NCBI RefSeq assembly: GCF_036321535.1
Contig: NC_087436.1
Coordinates: 121,336,001-121,400,000, forward strand
DNA from: Camelus dromedarius
Lineage: Eukaryota
Reading direction: 5' to 3'
DNA: 64,000 bases
The translations under genes were made by a program, and so were the position numbers. The notes beneath the pieces were generated by a model. That model made no database searches and had not been told where the DNA came from. It was given only the letters and a program-made list of their open reading frames with translations. How positions within the stretch are numbered: position 1 is the stretch's first letter; each line of letters starts with the position of its first letter. Shown here piece after piece: positions 42,521 through 57,074 of this stretch.

Positions 42521-43829
42521 CTGGAAACAAACCAAAGGTAAAACTGACCACAGGGAAGTGTCTTTGCCGCCCCCTCTCCGCAGCGCCCTCCTGCCACAGG
42601 CCCTGGAGAGACCTCCCGAATTCACCACTTCACTCTGTCCCCTCCGCGGCCTCCACCCCCAGCTCAAAGTGCCTCTCCCTTCACGCTGCCACCGGCTGGC
42701 CTTCACCCCAGGACACGGGGACATGCACATGCCGCAAAACACAGGGGGGAAGGCGGAGGGCTCGGCGTGGATGGGAGCTGGCTGGCGCCCCGCCCCTCAT
42801 CTCAGGGCTCCTGGCATCAGTGGAGAGAGTCAAAATGTTGTCTCTGATTTAAATTTCACCACATTCCGAACACAGAAGAACCCTAAAGCTGGCAGAGCAA
42901 GTGGGCCACAGGCCCCTCCTCACTGCTTCACCGCTGGTTACGCTGATGCCCTGAGGCACGGGAGGGGAGCGGACGGAAGTTCGACATTACAAACAACAAA
43001 ACCCCGACAAGTAGCTTCCCAGCGCGCAATTCTTCTCTGGGCCACGGTGAGGTTAGGCTGCCCCAGCCCTGGCCTGGTCCTTCTCTGTGCCTCCGTTATT
43101 GCCTGGGCTCCCCGTCGGGTCACGGATGCCAGGGAAGAGGCGGGTGCTGGCCCGGAGAAGCCCTGGAGCCAGGCGTGGGGCATGGAATGACAGGCTCAGG
43201 GCGTGGGACCCACTGAGCAGGCAGCAGGAAACCACGGTCAGAGCTGTGACCCAGACGGCTGAGCGACAGGCAGCCCTCGACTCAGACTGTGGCTCTACCG
43301 TTCCTACTCGGTCACCCCGGCCATGCGCGGCCTGGGGCCTGGCCCCTCACTTGTGGGATGGAATTAAGAGCAGCAGCTGCTCACAGGGCTGCAACAAGGC
43401 TCAAATCATAAAACCCGAGCCCAGGACTCGGCACAGTGCTGGATGAAGCACATGGCCAGCAAGCAGGCTGCTGCTGGAAGGATGTGAGGAAAGCAGGGGA
43501 AGGGGTGGGGTGGGGGGCTGGCGGACAGGCAGAGAGTCAGGGGCCCTCAGGTGGCGGGGTCAGGGGTGTTTCTGAACGTCTCTCACGAAGGACGCCAATC
43601 AAGTCACGTCAACAAGAGGAAGCAGCTGGAGAGGAGCCACGCCGGTGACGGGTCTGACTTCAGTGTGCGCGAGGTGCCAGCAGGACACCGAGCCACGTGT
43701 CCAGGGGTGGATGGAAACAAGAGACTAAGGCTGCCAGGACAGTGCAGTGATGTCATCTCTCAGCAACGACCGAGGTAGGTCACGAAAGCGACGTTTCTAC
43801 AGAGGCAGAAGGGCACAGGAGGGAGACGG

Positions 43830-44739
43830 AGAGCAAGGACAGAAACCAGCGCTGGAGCACACGATGGATGAAAGCCGGTCTCCTCAGTGACCTGTGCTGG
43901 GAGACCCCGATCTGCACAGGCAAAAGAACGAAACTTAGACCCCTGTCTCACGCGACTCACAGAAATTAACGCAAAATGGATTAAAGACTTCGTTGCAGAC
44001 CTGAACCATACACCTCCTAGAAGAAAGCGCAGGGGAAAAGTTTGACACTGGTCTTAGCGATGGTTTTTTTGGATCTGACACCAAGAGCAAAGGCATCAAA
44101 AATGCAAATAAACAAATGGGACATCAAACTAAAATGCAAAGTGATGGAAACCATCCACAAAATGAAAAGGCAACCTACAAAATGGGAGCGAGTATTTGCA
44201 AACCATGCATCTGATAAGGAGTTAATTTCCAAAATATGTAAGAAATACATAAATCAATAACAGAAAAACCCAAATAATCCAATTAAAAAGAGGGCAAAGG
44301 ACCTGAATAGACATTTTTCCAAAGAAGGCATTCAAATGGCCAACAGGCACATGAAAAGGTGCTCAGCACCCCTAACTGCCAGAGAACCGCAAGTCAAAAC
44401 CACAACGAGACGGCGCGGCGCGCCGCTTAGGACGGCCGCCCTCTAAAAGGCGAGGAAGAACCAGCACTGGCGAGGACGTGGAGAAAGGGGAGCCCTCGCG
44501 CCCTGCTGGTGGGGATGCGAACTGGTGCAGCCACTGTGGAAAAGAGCATGGAGGTTACTTTAAAAGTTAAAAACAGAACTTCCGTTTGCTCCAGCAACCC
44601 CACTTCTGGGTGTTTACCTGAAGGAAACAAAAGCACTCACTCAAACACACCTGCACCCTGGGTTCCTGCAGCGTTTCTCACAGAAGCCAAGACGGGGAGA
44701 CGAGCCAAGCGCCTCCTGAGGCTGTGGGTACGGAAGACG

Positions 44740-44794
<55 letters not shown>

Positions 44795-45140
44795 GGAATA
44801 CTACTCAGCTATTAAGAAAAAGAAGGAGATCCTGCCGTTTGCAGCAACACGGACAGGGCTTGAGGGCGTCGTGCTACATGAAGTCAGACAGAGAAGAACG
44901 ACTGCAAGACCTCACTTGCACGTGGATGTGAGAAATCCAGACTCACAGATACAGCAATCAGACTGACAGCTGCCAGAGGCGGGCGGCTGTGGGCGCAGGA
45001 GCGGGTGAAGGCACTGGAAGCCGAGGACTCGGGAAGGCGCGCAGCTGGCCAACTGCTGCAGACGCACAGAAGGAAGGAGAGCCGGGCGCGGGGCGACAGC
45101 AGTGAGCCCTGAAAACCGCGCGCTGGAAAGCTGCGTGGTA
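43830..45140 (+). mobile_element. Decayed L1 ORF2 C-terminus and 3' UTR in intron 40
   Basis: Peptides FLDLTPRAKA.K.QINKWD.IKLK, KRQPTKWERVFANH.SDKELISKI, MEYYSAIKKKKEILPFAAT; ends approximate. Confidence 0.9.
44740..44792. repeat. Compound microsatellite (TC)~8(CA)~18 inside L1
   Basis: Read directly from the sequence. Confidence 0.95.
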
Positions 45141-47669
45141 ACAAGAGGAGGAGGACAACAAAGGAAGCAGCAGAGCAAAGAAAGGGCTGAGTCTCCCTCG
45201 CAGGTGGGGTTATCAGGGCAGCTCTCAGCAAGGAGGGAAAGAGACACACACACCTGGCGATGTGGAGGAAGGGGCACCGGGGGACTGGCCGTGGAGCGGA
45301 CGCCCCAGGGCAGCTGTCGGGGCAGCCCTGGGCAGACGCTACTCCTACTCGGCTCCGTCTTCTCCCCACGCAGCCTGGGTGCACTCCTGCGGGGGCCGCG
45401 GCATCGGAGGTGGTGTGGGACACGCGAGGCCTGGGAAAGGCCTGGGGCCCCCCCTCCGAGCACACGACCCCTCCGTGTCTCCATCACTTCAGCCAGGACA
45501 CGGATGGCGTCACGGCACACGGGCCAGGCACATGTCCGCTGCCGCATTCACCACCATTCACCCAAGAGGCGCACGTCTGACGGGGCAGGAGAAACCCTGG
45601 GCCTTCGCTTTTGGTCTCAGCACACGCCCTCCCAGAGCCTCCGTTCTCTCATCAATGAGACAGGGAAGCACTTCACAGAGTCGCCATGAGGACCGATGGG
45701 GTAAAACGATGCCAGGTGCTGCGCGCCCGGAGAGCACCGTGAGCAGCCTTGTCCCCGCCCAACTGTGCACTGGCATCCATCTCACCGCCGGAGGAAGGAC
45801 CTGTTCTCTGTCTCTGATGCTTCCACTTGGCCCGCACGGGGTGGGTGCGCCGGCCCTGCTGAGGGTCCCACGAGGAAGGAAGTGAGCGGCATCCTGCCCG
45901 GCTCCGCTGGGGAAGCTCTGGAATGGTGCGCCGCCCGCAGGGCCTGGGGATGGAGGGCATCTGGAGGCGGGGGTGGGGGGCACCGATGGGGACTGGACAT
46001 GTGCGGGGCAGTCAGGGCGTCGCCCCAGCCCTGCCCACAACCAAGCTACGGACTCCGTGAGCCCCAAGCCCCAGGGTCTCCTCCCGCTTCTGCCTGGCCT
46101 GTCTCGGGGGAGGATGGGGCGCCCGTTACAGAGTTTATAAAATGGAGGCCAGGTTCCTGGCTATTGTGTTTATGCTGGATTGAATGTGAAACTGGCAAAT
46201 AAATGACTTTGGGATTCATACCCCTTCCCCAACAAGACGGGTAACAGAAAATTAGAGGTCAAGGCCATTAGTCAGACTAGTTCCTGTTAAGAAATAATAC
46301 TTGAAATGGACAAATACAAAGGTCTCAATTTTTAGTGGAGGGGTGAGGTTCACGGTTACTGCTTAAGCAACGCATAAAACAGAAGTAATCGACTCTAGAC
46401 GCTGAAGGCATCCTATTCACGTAAAAGGCTAAGACGATTTACTTCCATTTTACCTCAAAACCAACCAACACAGGAATTCTGCCCCTAATGTTTTCAAAAG
46501 AAATGCCATCAAAACAAATGAGGAAGCGCAAACAGGTGTCAACCCACCCCACCCCCCTCACTTACAAACTCACATCCAACAGAACAAGGTCCCAAGACAC
46601 GAACGGCAAGCGCCTGTGCCCGCCACCCCGCCCGGGCTCCTCAGCAGAGCGTGGCTCCCCGCCGGCCAGTCCATGCAGGCTGCTACGTTTAACTAGAAGT
46701 AGACCAAACAGAAGCTCCTCGGTCACACCAGCCCCAGCCCCAGAGCCCAACAGCCATGTGGCCAAGACGCCCCTGAACTAGCGCAGACACAGAGCAGCGC
46801 CACGCTGCAGGGAGCTCGGCTGCTCGGCTGCTCGGCACCACAACAGCCGCAACCCCCCACCCCCGGCTTCCGAGGGAAGGAAGGGGAAGTCAGAGCAACA
46901 GGTGACTGAGCTCCTCGAACGGCACAGACGCCCGCTGGGCGCCCCGAGGCCACAGGTCGCACCGTCCTCCCCGAGGACGGTGGACGCCATCCTTAGCGAT
47001 GGCCTGGCGTCCCTCTGGTGTCAGACCCAAACCAACCCACGGCCAAGCACTGAGATGCCCAACACACTGACGACCCACCATACACGTGGCTCAATTAGCT
47101 TCTGAACCTTGAACTTACTATGGTGGGTCAATGGGGCATAAACCAGAAGATCCTCAAAAAGAAAATCCTTTCTGTGTCAAGCACATAGGTGGCTTGGAGC
47201 TATAACCCATGAGCAAAGTTAAACGCCGGTCGTGCTCCTGTGCCAAGGGCAACAGCACTTACTCCAAGAGCCACAGAGTCGTGTCTTCCTCCGTGACTCC
47301 CAGCCACAGGAGACCAGGTCCCTGCTGCCCGCCTTGGGGTCATCTCGCCACTCTCGGCACGAAAGTGCGTCCGAAAGGGTAGCTCCTCCCCGCCCTCCAG
47401 GGCTTAGTTCAACAGCCGCCCTCAGAGAACCGGCCCCACTTGCCCACCCTTGGGCGTCTGTCACCATGCTTTCATTCCCTTCCCAGGAGACTCAGGATGA
47501 CATCTGTGCACTGTCTGCCCCGCCAGGCTGAGCCCACAGAGGCAAGATCACGTCAGCTTCACTGGCTACCGCACACCCCGAGCCCTGCACGGCAGCGGCC
47601 AACTCAGTACGTGTTTGCTGAATAAACACAGGCTGACGATGGTAAGTATCTTCTGCTCTCGGTGGGGGA

Positions 47670-47709
47670 GTGTGTGTGTGTGTGTGGGGGGGGGTGCGCG
47701 CGCACGCGT
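47670..47709. repeat. (GT)8 followed by a G-run and (GC)n
   Basis: Read directly from the sequence. Confidence 0.8.
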
Positions 47710-49206
47710 TTTACTTTGTATTATAGTGATACACACACGTGATTTTTAAAAGAGAGGCTTCGGATTCACAAGTGCCCTGTCCCCTCCCTTTTAAGGCATC
47801 CACGTGCTGTCACTGTTTTCAGCTCTGGCAAACCCTCCTTGACACGAGTTCACCACCTGCAGCGGACCGCCAGTGATCCTGGCTGCTCCTCTCCCCTCAC
47901 GACCGGAAAGCAACCCTCTCTCTCAGAGGAATGCTGGCCAGCCTCTCACCTGCCAGCCCAGCCAGAGCCCCCAGCGGCCCGCGCGTCACTCACAGGACTC
48001 ACGTGGGGGCTGAGACTGCAGGCAGCCAGAGGACACCCTTCCTGCCACAGGGAAGGAGCCCAGCAGTGAACAAATCAACACAGTACTCAGAGCTGAGACG
48101 AGGAAGTGCACGATGTGGCAACAGAGTTAAGCCACCAGAGCAGGCAGACCTCAGAGCAACAGCCCGCACGTCCCGGAGCTGAAACCAGTAAATTCCGTTT
48201 TTCATTCTAGTTAAGGATGGAGTCTTAACCCTGCAACTAAAGCTTCTGAACATGGCGACCACATCAGGGTTTCCAGACCCCAGCTCATCAGAGATGAGAC
48301 CTGCTGAGCTCACTCGCACCGCCTCCCACCGGTAGGTTACACCTTCGCTCCACCCCGCTGCCGTCCTGGTCTCTATGTTCTGCTCCGTTCAGCACTGCGA
48401 GACGGGGGCACCAGAGCCCCTTCTATCCCTCCGTCCCTCTGTCCACCTTCTACTTCTCTAATTAACTTGGCTGGTTAGTTTCCTTCTTACCTTTGCAAGA
48501 AATGAATCATTTTCAATGTCCTAAAACCATAATTAAGTAAACAAACTGTCAATGTTTTATTCATACATTGACCCTAAAAATGAAAAGTCAAACAGCATTT
48601 ACATTATGACTATATGAACAGTTTTCAACAAAGCCAAGGAGCCCAGAGGATGACATCTGTGGGTCCTTCATCATGACCCCAGAGCCAACTAAAGGAGAAC
48701 CTTTTTAAAACCACAGGTTCCCATGAGATCAACTGTAAATCATGCCACATGTTGACTTGCTTCATATCTGGACCATGACTTCCTTGCTGTTTGCTTTGCT
48801 TGCTTCGAGAAGAAAGATACGCCGGTACCCAGTAACGAGAGTCTTCCAGGTTGTCACTTACTTTACCCAGAGGAGGACACTCCCCTTGAACACACCCATT
48901 CCTTCTGGAAAACACTGCCTGTCCTAATTCGGAAGCTGGCTGCTTCCTGTGCTCACTGCATGGCTAGCATCTTTTAACTTCTCTCTTGAATTTGTCTTTT
49001 TTAATCCACAATCATATATAAAGGTGACAAAAGCATGTTGGCCTCCTCAATCTTTAAAACAAGAGGAAGCCCTCAGGTTTGCTGTTTCCTCCAGCAGAAG
49101 GTTTTCAAGCAGATACTGAGCAGTGCAGAGCTCACTGGCAGCATGGCCCCTACCCCCACCCCCCCACCGGAGTGCGCGACGCCGGGCAGGGCGCAGCGCC
49201 GCTCTA

Positions 49207-49374
<168 letters not shown>

Positions 49375-50475
49375 TCAAAGAAAGGGAGAAGGGTGACACT
49401 GAATTAGGTGACTGTTACCGAGCACTTCTGGGAGGTGTATTCATAAAAATCACACACACAGCAGACGCAGACAGAGCGAAGATGCAAGTGAAGTGAAACG
49501 AGCCGAGTGCAGTGTCGAACTCTCCCCCTCTGGACAGAGTCGCTCTGCCCTGCGCATCACTCTCCTTCCCTGAGACAGCAGCCAACACACCACCTTTGAA
49601 GGACCTTCAGGAGGTAAAACGAGGCGGGTGTGGTGTTTCTCTCAAGCTTTGCAAACTGTAAAGCAAGCTGATCGCCTGCCGCAAAAGCTTCATGTGCCGT
49701 CCACTTAGCCACCTGCTGGTGTGTATCAGAGGGAGCCACGGGCCGCCCTGCAGAGCCCCAGGCAGAGGGCACCGTGCAGGCTCGCCAGACTGACCTGCAC
49801 ACGCCCCCCAGCACCTCCACGACGACCAGCCCAGGGCGGCCGGCACGGTGAACGCGGCAGGAAGGAGCAGTCCTCAGAACTGTGCCCGGGACACACTTTA
49901 AGGGCTCTAACTCTGAATCCAGCAAAGGTGGATCAACATTGTCCACACAACAAGTACACACAGGGCCCGAGTCGTGACTGTTGCCCTCGGGGACTTCCCA
50001 ACAGCTATGGGGACAGACACGACTTGATGCCACGAGTAAGCCGGGGAGCACAGTGGGAGCAGGCTGGCCCGGCTGGGAGAAGGGCTCCATTACTGACCGT
50101 GTTTGGGACGGCCAGCACACGGAGGGCACAGAAGTAAGACTGACTTTCCAGCGGGTTTCATCGGTTTTCAAACTCTCTGCAGGCAACGCATGCCCTTATC
50201 GCCTGCACCCAGGGCGGGCCACCTCCACGCCTACTGCCGTGGTGACCGCTGTGGTGAGCGCACGGTGACCGCCGTGCAGTCTTTCACGAGGCTGCGGGGA
50301 CGGGACAGAGCCTGCAGAGAGGCTTGACCACGGCCACTGGCGAGGCGGGCCGGCAGGGAGAACACACAGACTCCTCTGCCCAAGGAGCAGAGCTGAAGCA
50401 GGACTTCCCGACCCCCATACGCCGGCGACATCCTGCAGGCCGGGGACTGGCTCGTGGCCCAGACGCACAGCCTAC

Positions 50476-50711
50476 CTGGAAAACGTTTCCTCTGGCGGAC
50501 TCTTCGCTTGTCCTCCCTCACTGTGTTCCTCCGGCACCGAGCCACCGCCCCCACCTCTCAGCCTACTGACGACGGGGCAGGAGAGCAGACATGGAGGGAA
50601 GGCGAGCTCCTGAACACGGGCAAGAACGATGTCCTCGGTGGACTGGGAGACCAGCACCCTTAGGATGGCCAGGATTCCCGACACCCACAGCTGAACGGTG
50701 CTCACAGAGGC
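50476..50711 (-). CDS. HTT: HTT exon 39 ([12 protein letters not shown]...PEETFSR)
   Basis: 236 nt, GAG acceptor and GT donor, peptide match. Confidence 0.94.
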
Positions 50712-50833
50712 CTCGAAGAAGGAAAATAAGTAAGTTACAGCTAAGGAAAAAGAGGATGAAATTTTCCACTATTGCCAATTTCATTTATGAAATTTGCCCT
50801 CATTTTACCCATTCTACCAACAAATCTCTGTAT

Positions 50834-51180
<347 letters not shown>

Positions 51181-51719
51181 TCACGTTTTACAGCTCAAGG
51201 TCAGATGGGGTCTCAAGGTCAGATGACCTTGACTGTCCCATCATTACCACCCCCAAATTTAAACGCATTTAACTTCAGTAGTGACCCAGGCAAACACCCT
51301 TCAGAACAGCACTGCAGCAGCTCTAGTTTTTCCATATGGAAATCTTCTCGTTGAGATTTTTATTATATAAACTACACATGCTTGCTGTGAAGGCTACAAA
51401 TACATAAAAGCATGAAAAGCATTAGCTAGAAATGCACCAGCCTGACACGATCCCCATCCACACCCTGGGAGCCAGCCCTCGTGCCACTCTCCACGCGCAT
51501 CACTCACCCAGACAGGGTAGGACATACGCTGCTTTCTTCTTTATTTGCTTCACCTGCACCCCATCCCTACCCTGCTTTTTGGCAACAAATCAACAAACTG
51601 GTGTATTTCTACGTCTTAACTTTCTCCACATTCCTACAACCATATGTCCAGACGCACGCAGAGAGGCTTTTAAGTTGTTTTGAAAGGTCATACTCTAAAT
51701 GTCTCTGCTTTTCTCCCTT

Positions 51720-51799
51720 AAAATACAATGGATTGACACAACATTATAAAATGACTGTAACTCAATAAAAAAAAAAAAAGTGAAAAAAAATACAATGGA
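51720..51799 (+). mobile_element. Ultra-short L1 3'-tail insertion with a perfect 13-bp TSD
   Basis: aaaatacaatgga [ttgacacaacattataaaatgactgtaactcaataaa + poly(A)] aaaatacaatgga, preceded by TT. Confidence 0.85.
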
Positions 51800-53643
51800 G
51801 AACTCCCAAAGCAACAGGTTTTAAAACCTGACATAATCTTTAAAGGATGAAAAATATTTCAGCTAAGTCTCTACCACAGTGTATTCAACCACCCCCTGCT
51901 GAAGGCTTCTGTCACTGCTGACGAGGGTGCAGACACAGTACATGTCCCTGCACGGGGTGTGACTCTCTCAAGGTGCAGGTCGAAACCCGCATGGTGGGGA
52001 GACACCCCGGAGCTGCTGCCCACCAGCTCCCTCTGCCTGGGTTCTCTGGAGGAACCGCCGTGTCCACAGCCAGGGCCCCCGCCGGTCATGCAGCCAATCC
52101 CAACCTTGGTCTGCATCTGCGCAGGGACACCCCGATGGCAATTTCGTCCACCCTGCACCGCCCCCTTACCCTCTGCTCTTGGCCGACCCCAGCCCTCGTC
52201 CCTCCCCACTGGCCCTTCTACCACCCCTCCCTTGTCCTCTAGGCGCCACCCCGCATCTGTCCCCTTTCCCACTCCTCCCTCCCAGCCTCTCACCAACACA
52301 CACCGGCCGGGCTTCTGCCCCCTCCACTCCCCCAAAACTGCCCCCCAGTGACCTCCACGGTACCGAGCCAGGCTTGTGCCTAGGGCCCATTTACCCCAGT
52401 GGATCCATCCCTCCTCCGTGAAGCGCCCTTCCTCCTGGGCGTTAAGAACACCGCTGGCTCTTCCGTCCCTTCCTCGTCTCCTTCATGAGACCCTTACCTC
52501 CCAGGGCTCGGCTCTGTCTCCACACCCAGACTCATACTCCCAAAGCCCATGTCAGCCTCCCCCGGGTGCCCGCCTGGCATTGTTTCTGGTGTGTCCCCTG
52601 CTTAGCTACCTGGCAGGCACGTGCCAAGTGTTTCACAGACCATCTTCCACTCAACCTCACAGCGGCAGAAATTCAGCTGGGCATTTACTATGCATGCCAG
52701 CCTTCAACCTCCACCTTCCTCAAACTGTGTCCACGGTTAAGAGAGACTAGGATAAAGCTTACAAAGCACCACCCTGAAAATACGTACCTATAGGCCTGGA
52801 ATCCAGGGCTACATGAAAACACCAAATCAACCAACTTACTAAAACTGTCATCTTTCAATCTCACCAGAGGCCAGCCCCCACCCGGCATGAGTGGCCTCAG
52901 GGTAACAGGTCTGCCGTGAAGCCAGACCAGGACTGAAGTCACAGAGATGGCGCCCGCGTGATGCCATCCGACGCCAAGAGCACGGCCCCCGTGAGGCCCA
53001 GAGCTCTGGCTCCCCGGCCGGGGTGAGCAAAGGGCGCACACAGGTGTCTGCGGACGGCGTCCGACGTGCGTGAGGCCCGGAGCTGCGCCGGCAGCCGGTC
53101 AGGTCTCCCGGAGGCACCGTGCAGAGCGCCCTGTCCTCAACGCCACGCGGCAGGTGTGGGTCAGAGAGCCTGCGACGCTCGGGCTCCGGCTCCTTCCACC
53201 GCACTTGTGGGGACCACCCACCGCGTCGTTCGACTACGGAAGTTCTGATCGGACGACAGGAACTGCTAAACCACTTCATAAGTGAGCAGGGGACACACAC
53301 TTACAGATGGAATGAAGAACGTCTAACTGACCAGGATGAGGGCCGCAGTGCGTCAGCGGGACAGGACACAGTGCTGGAGCCCCTTCCCAGAGGGTGCCCT
53401 GGGGACCTAGGGGCCACCTTGAGCCCGGACTCCACACTTGCCAAGTGGAGACACCAGCAACCTGGGAGGGTCGCAGGGCATCAGCGCAGACCCCACGGCC
53501 CTAGAGACGGCAGTGGTAACTACCAACACACGGGTCCCCCTGACCGGGAAAAGAGCCAGTCACGAGCACCCTCGTCTGGGGGTCTTCACCCGCTTACAGG
53601 GCTCACAGCGGCGCCACGGAGAGCAAGAGGGGCGACCACCGAC

Positions 53644-53760
53644 CTGTTGCTTGGCCAGCATCGGGAGGATGACGTCGGCCACCTGTCGGGACAGCCGCTT
53701 CCACTTGTCTTCGCTCTCCTTGTGGCACTGCTGCAGGACCAGGACGAACATCTCCAGCAC
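53644..53760 (-). CDS. HTT: HTT exon 37 ([11 protein letters not shown]...MLAKQQ)
   Basis: 117 nt, AG/GT boundaries, peptide match. Confidence 0.96.
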
Positions 53761-55068
53761 CTGCAAGAGGGACGGCACAGGTGGAGCGCCCCAAGGGGGC
53801 TGACGAGCCCGATGCAGCCCTCGCCCCGACCCGCGGGAGGGGGCCTCGGAAGACGGCACTGGGGCCCCTGGGGTCGAGCGATGCCCCTGCCGTCTCTACG
53901 GCCAGCGGAAAGGCACAGAAAGAAAACCAAACTCATCTTAACCTTTAGCAAAACACAAGCACAGCCTGGACCACGCTGCTCTGCTGCTGCCCTCTGCCTC
54001 AGTGTGCATTAACTTCAGTCCCGTGCTCTCTGCCGGGGTGACCCCCTCCTGAGGACAGCCTGCTCCCAAGGACGCTGACGTGGCTCAGCACACGTCTGTG
54101 AGTGGTCACTTCTAAACAGAGACCCCTAAGAGACTGTGTTTGTAAACATGGTCTTCCTGGCGCACAGCCACTGTGAACATGCCGCCAGGACTGCTTTCGT
54201 GACAGCAGCTGCCCCGTCGCCTGGAAAAGCTGAAATGTTTATCACCTGTTTGTTCACAGAAAAGTCTACGACCCAGTCTAAACGTACGAGCGATACAGAC
54301 AGTGCCCACCGCCCTCCCTTCGCTGCCTCCCCCGCCCAGGGCCTGCCAGCACTTCTGCTCCGGGAACCACGCTGTGTCCGACTCTCCTCGTCAGGACCAG
54401 CACGCCCCGTTCTCACAAACCAGGCCGGGAACTCCAGGAACACGTGGCAAAGCCGCCCTCTGGGCCTCCCACCAACCTGCGTGTCTGCCACAGGTCAGGT
54501 GCTAGTTCTCAAATCTCTGCTCGCTGCACTTTTTATGTCATCATGGGATTCAGTTAAACACTAAGCATTTAATTCAATATGACCAAATTAACCAGACTGA
54601 GAACACACGAGAAAAGTGTTTCGATGAGAAAAGTTTATGACTTTATAAAGATTCGAAGACAAATAGCTGATTTACAAAAATAAGTGAGAAAGAGACAACT
54701 ATACCAGCTAAAAAAACGGGGGGGTGGGGGGGGCGGGGAGCTGTCATTAAAAAAACCTGACTTCTGCAGTTAGACTGCTTCAAACTATCTGAAATTCCTG
54801 CTCCTCCTTTAGAAACACAAAGCCAGAAATCAGCTCAAAGAAAAAAACCATGGCCCTCCATCAACACAGTGGTAGATAAAGGTACAAATAAAGCCTCTGA
54901 ATTATTTCCGGTTTGAGATTTTTAAAATCATTCTGTAGAATGCTACCATTGTGATCATCACTGTCGGTTAACTGATTTTTGATCTTCGTTTTGGAAAAGA
55001 AGGCTCCACCACGTTTGCTACCTTGAATGGCCTTGGCCAGGCTGCACTGCCTTTAAGACAGACCCCTA

Positions 55069-55425
<357 letters not shown>

Positions 55426-56729
55426 TCAGGAACTGAGGACGCCCTAGTCCACACTTGGCTCTGTGCTACGGGGTAAGTCCGGGTTATGAACGATGAGTCG
55501 TGAAATTATCTGTACACCATCATGGAAGGCCGGGGGTTTTCTCTGACACTTGATAATGTTGAAAACCAACCAACAAACCTGGGGTTTCTGCGACATAATG
55601 TTACTTCTGATACAAAGAGGCACAAATTCAAAAGTCAAATTCAAAATAATAATACCTTCCAACTAACTAAAACAGCAACGTTCTAGTCTCATGCATAATC
55701 TGTTTAAAGATTCACCTGAAAAAACAGGTGTTTTTTCAATAGAAAACATTTAGTCAAAGTATTAGATTTCTATGCTATTTTAAGTAATTAAACTCACTCT
55801 TCTCATCAAAGAGGGTTTTCCCAAGTCTTGTTTTTATCCAAAACAATGAAGTAAATTTGTTAGTCTAACAACAGCATATGAATAAACCATCTAAGAAATG
55901 CCTCACTGAAGGGGTGCAGCACAGCCGTGTCACCAGGGTTAGTGAGAGGCGCACTCTCTCACCCTAGTGACCCCCAGCCCACCCCCATACTCGCTGCCTT
56001 GTCCACAGGTGCCCAAGCTTCCCAGCAGAAAGCAGTGGGTTTGGCTGGCCATCAACTTTCTATCCAAAGACCCTCTGATCCGGGAAACCTTAGTCATCCC
56101 TCTACTTGACATTTGTGTTTCAACTCTATCCAGTGACCCCAAGGCCGTATGTGCAGCCACATGCCCATCTGCTGAGGCAAGAATGTGAGCCCCAGCACGG
56201 CTGTGACAGAGTCGAGCAGGTGTGGAGCGGGCGAGGGTCCGAGCCCCTGCCCCAACACACAGCTTGGTGGTCGCCGCATGGCAGTGCACAGAAAGGGGAA
56301 CCCAAAGTGGGCCGCCTACAGAGGTCTTAGGAGGTGCCCCGACCATAGTTCAAATGCCTGCAGATTCCTGACAACGGAGCTGGGAGGAATCAGTGGGAAA
56401 ATGCTGAAAGGGCAGCTGAAAAAGTTCAAAGAAATAGTCACAGATCATTCTTAAAACCACACCGCCTCATTCCACAGGCTGGAAGGAGGCTGCCCTGAAC
56501 AGCTGGCTGGCCATCTCCTGTGGCCTCATTTAAGCTCCGACACAACAATCAGGCAAAGCAGAAGGCCCCGAATCAAGGCCAAACTATACCTTCCAACACC
56601 CCTGGGTAACTAAATCCAGCATCCTGACACGAGTTGGACTTTAAAGTCCTTTGTTGCATATGGACAGACCAGATAATCTGCGTCAGACTCTACCTACGCC
56701 TCACGTTATCCCCTCCCTGCTTTTACCTA

Positions 56730-57074
<345 letters not shown>

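Noticed and set aside
42357..43190. 277-aa plus-strand ORF
   Set aside because: Antisense to exon 41; no protein-family signal
53119..54012. 297-aa plus-strand ORF
   Set aside because: Antisense to exon 37 in stop-poor GC-rich DNA; low-complexity G/R/P composition
54717..54740. G-run cluster (potential G-quadruplex)
   Set aside because: Such runs are common throughout this GC-rich window; nothing singles this one out
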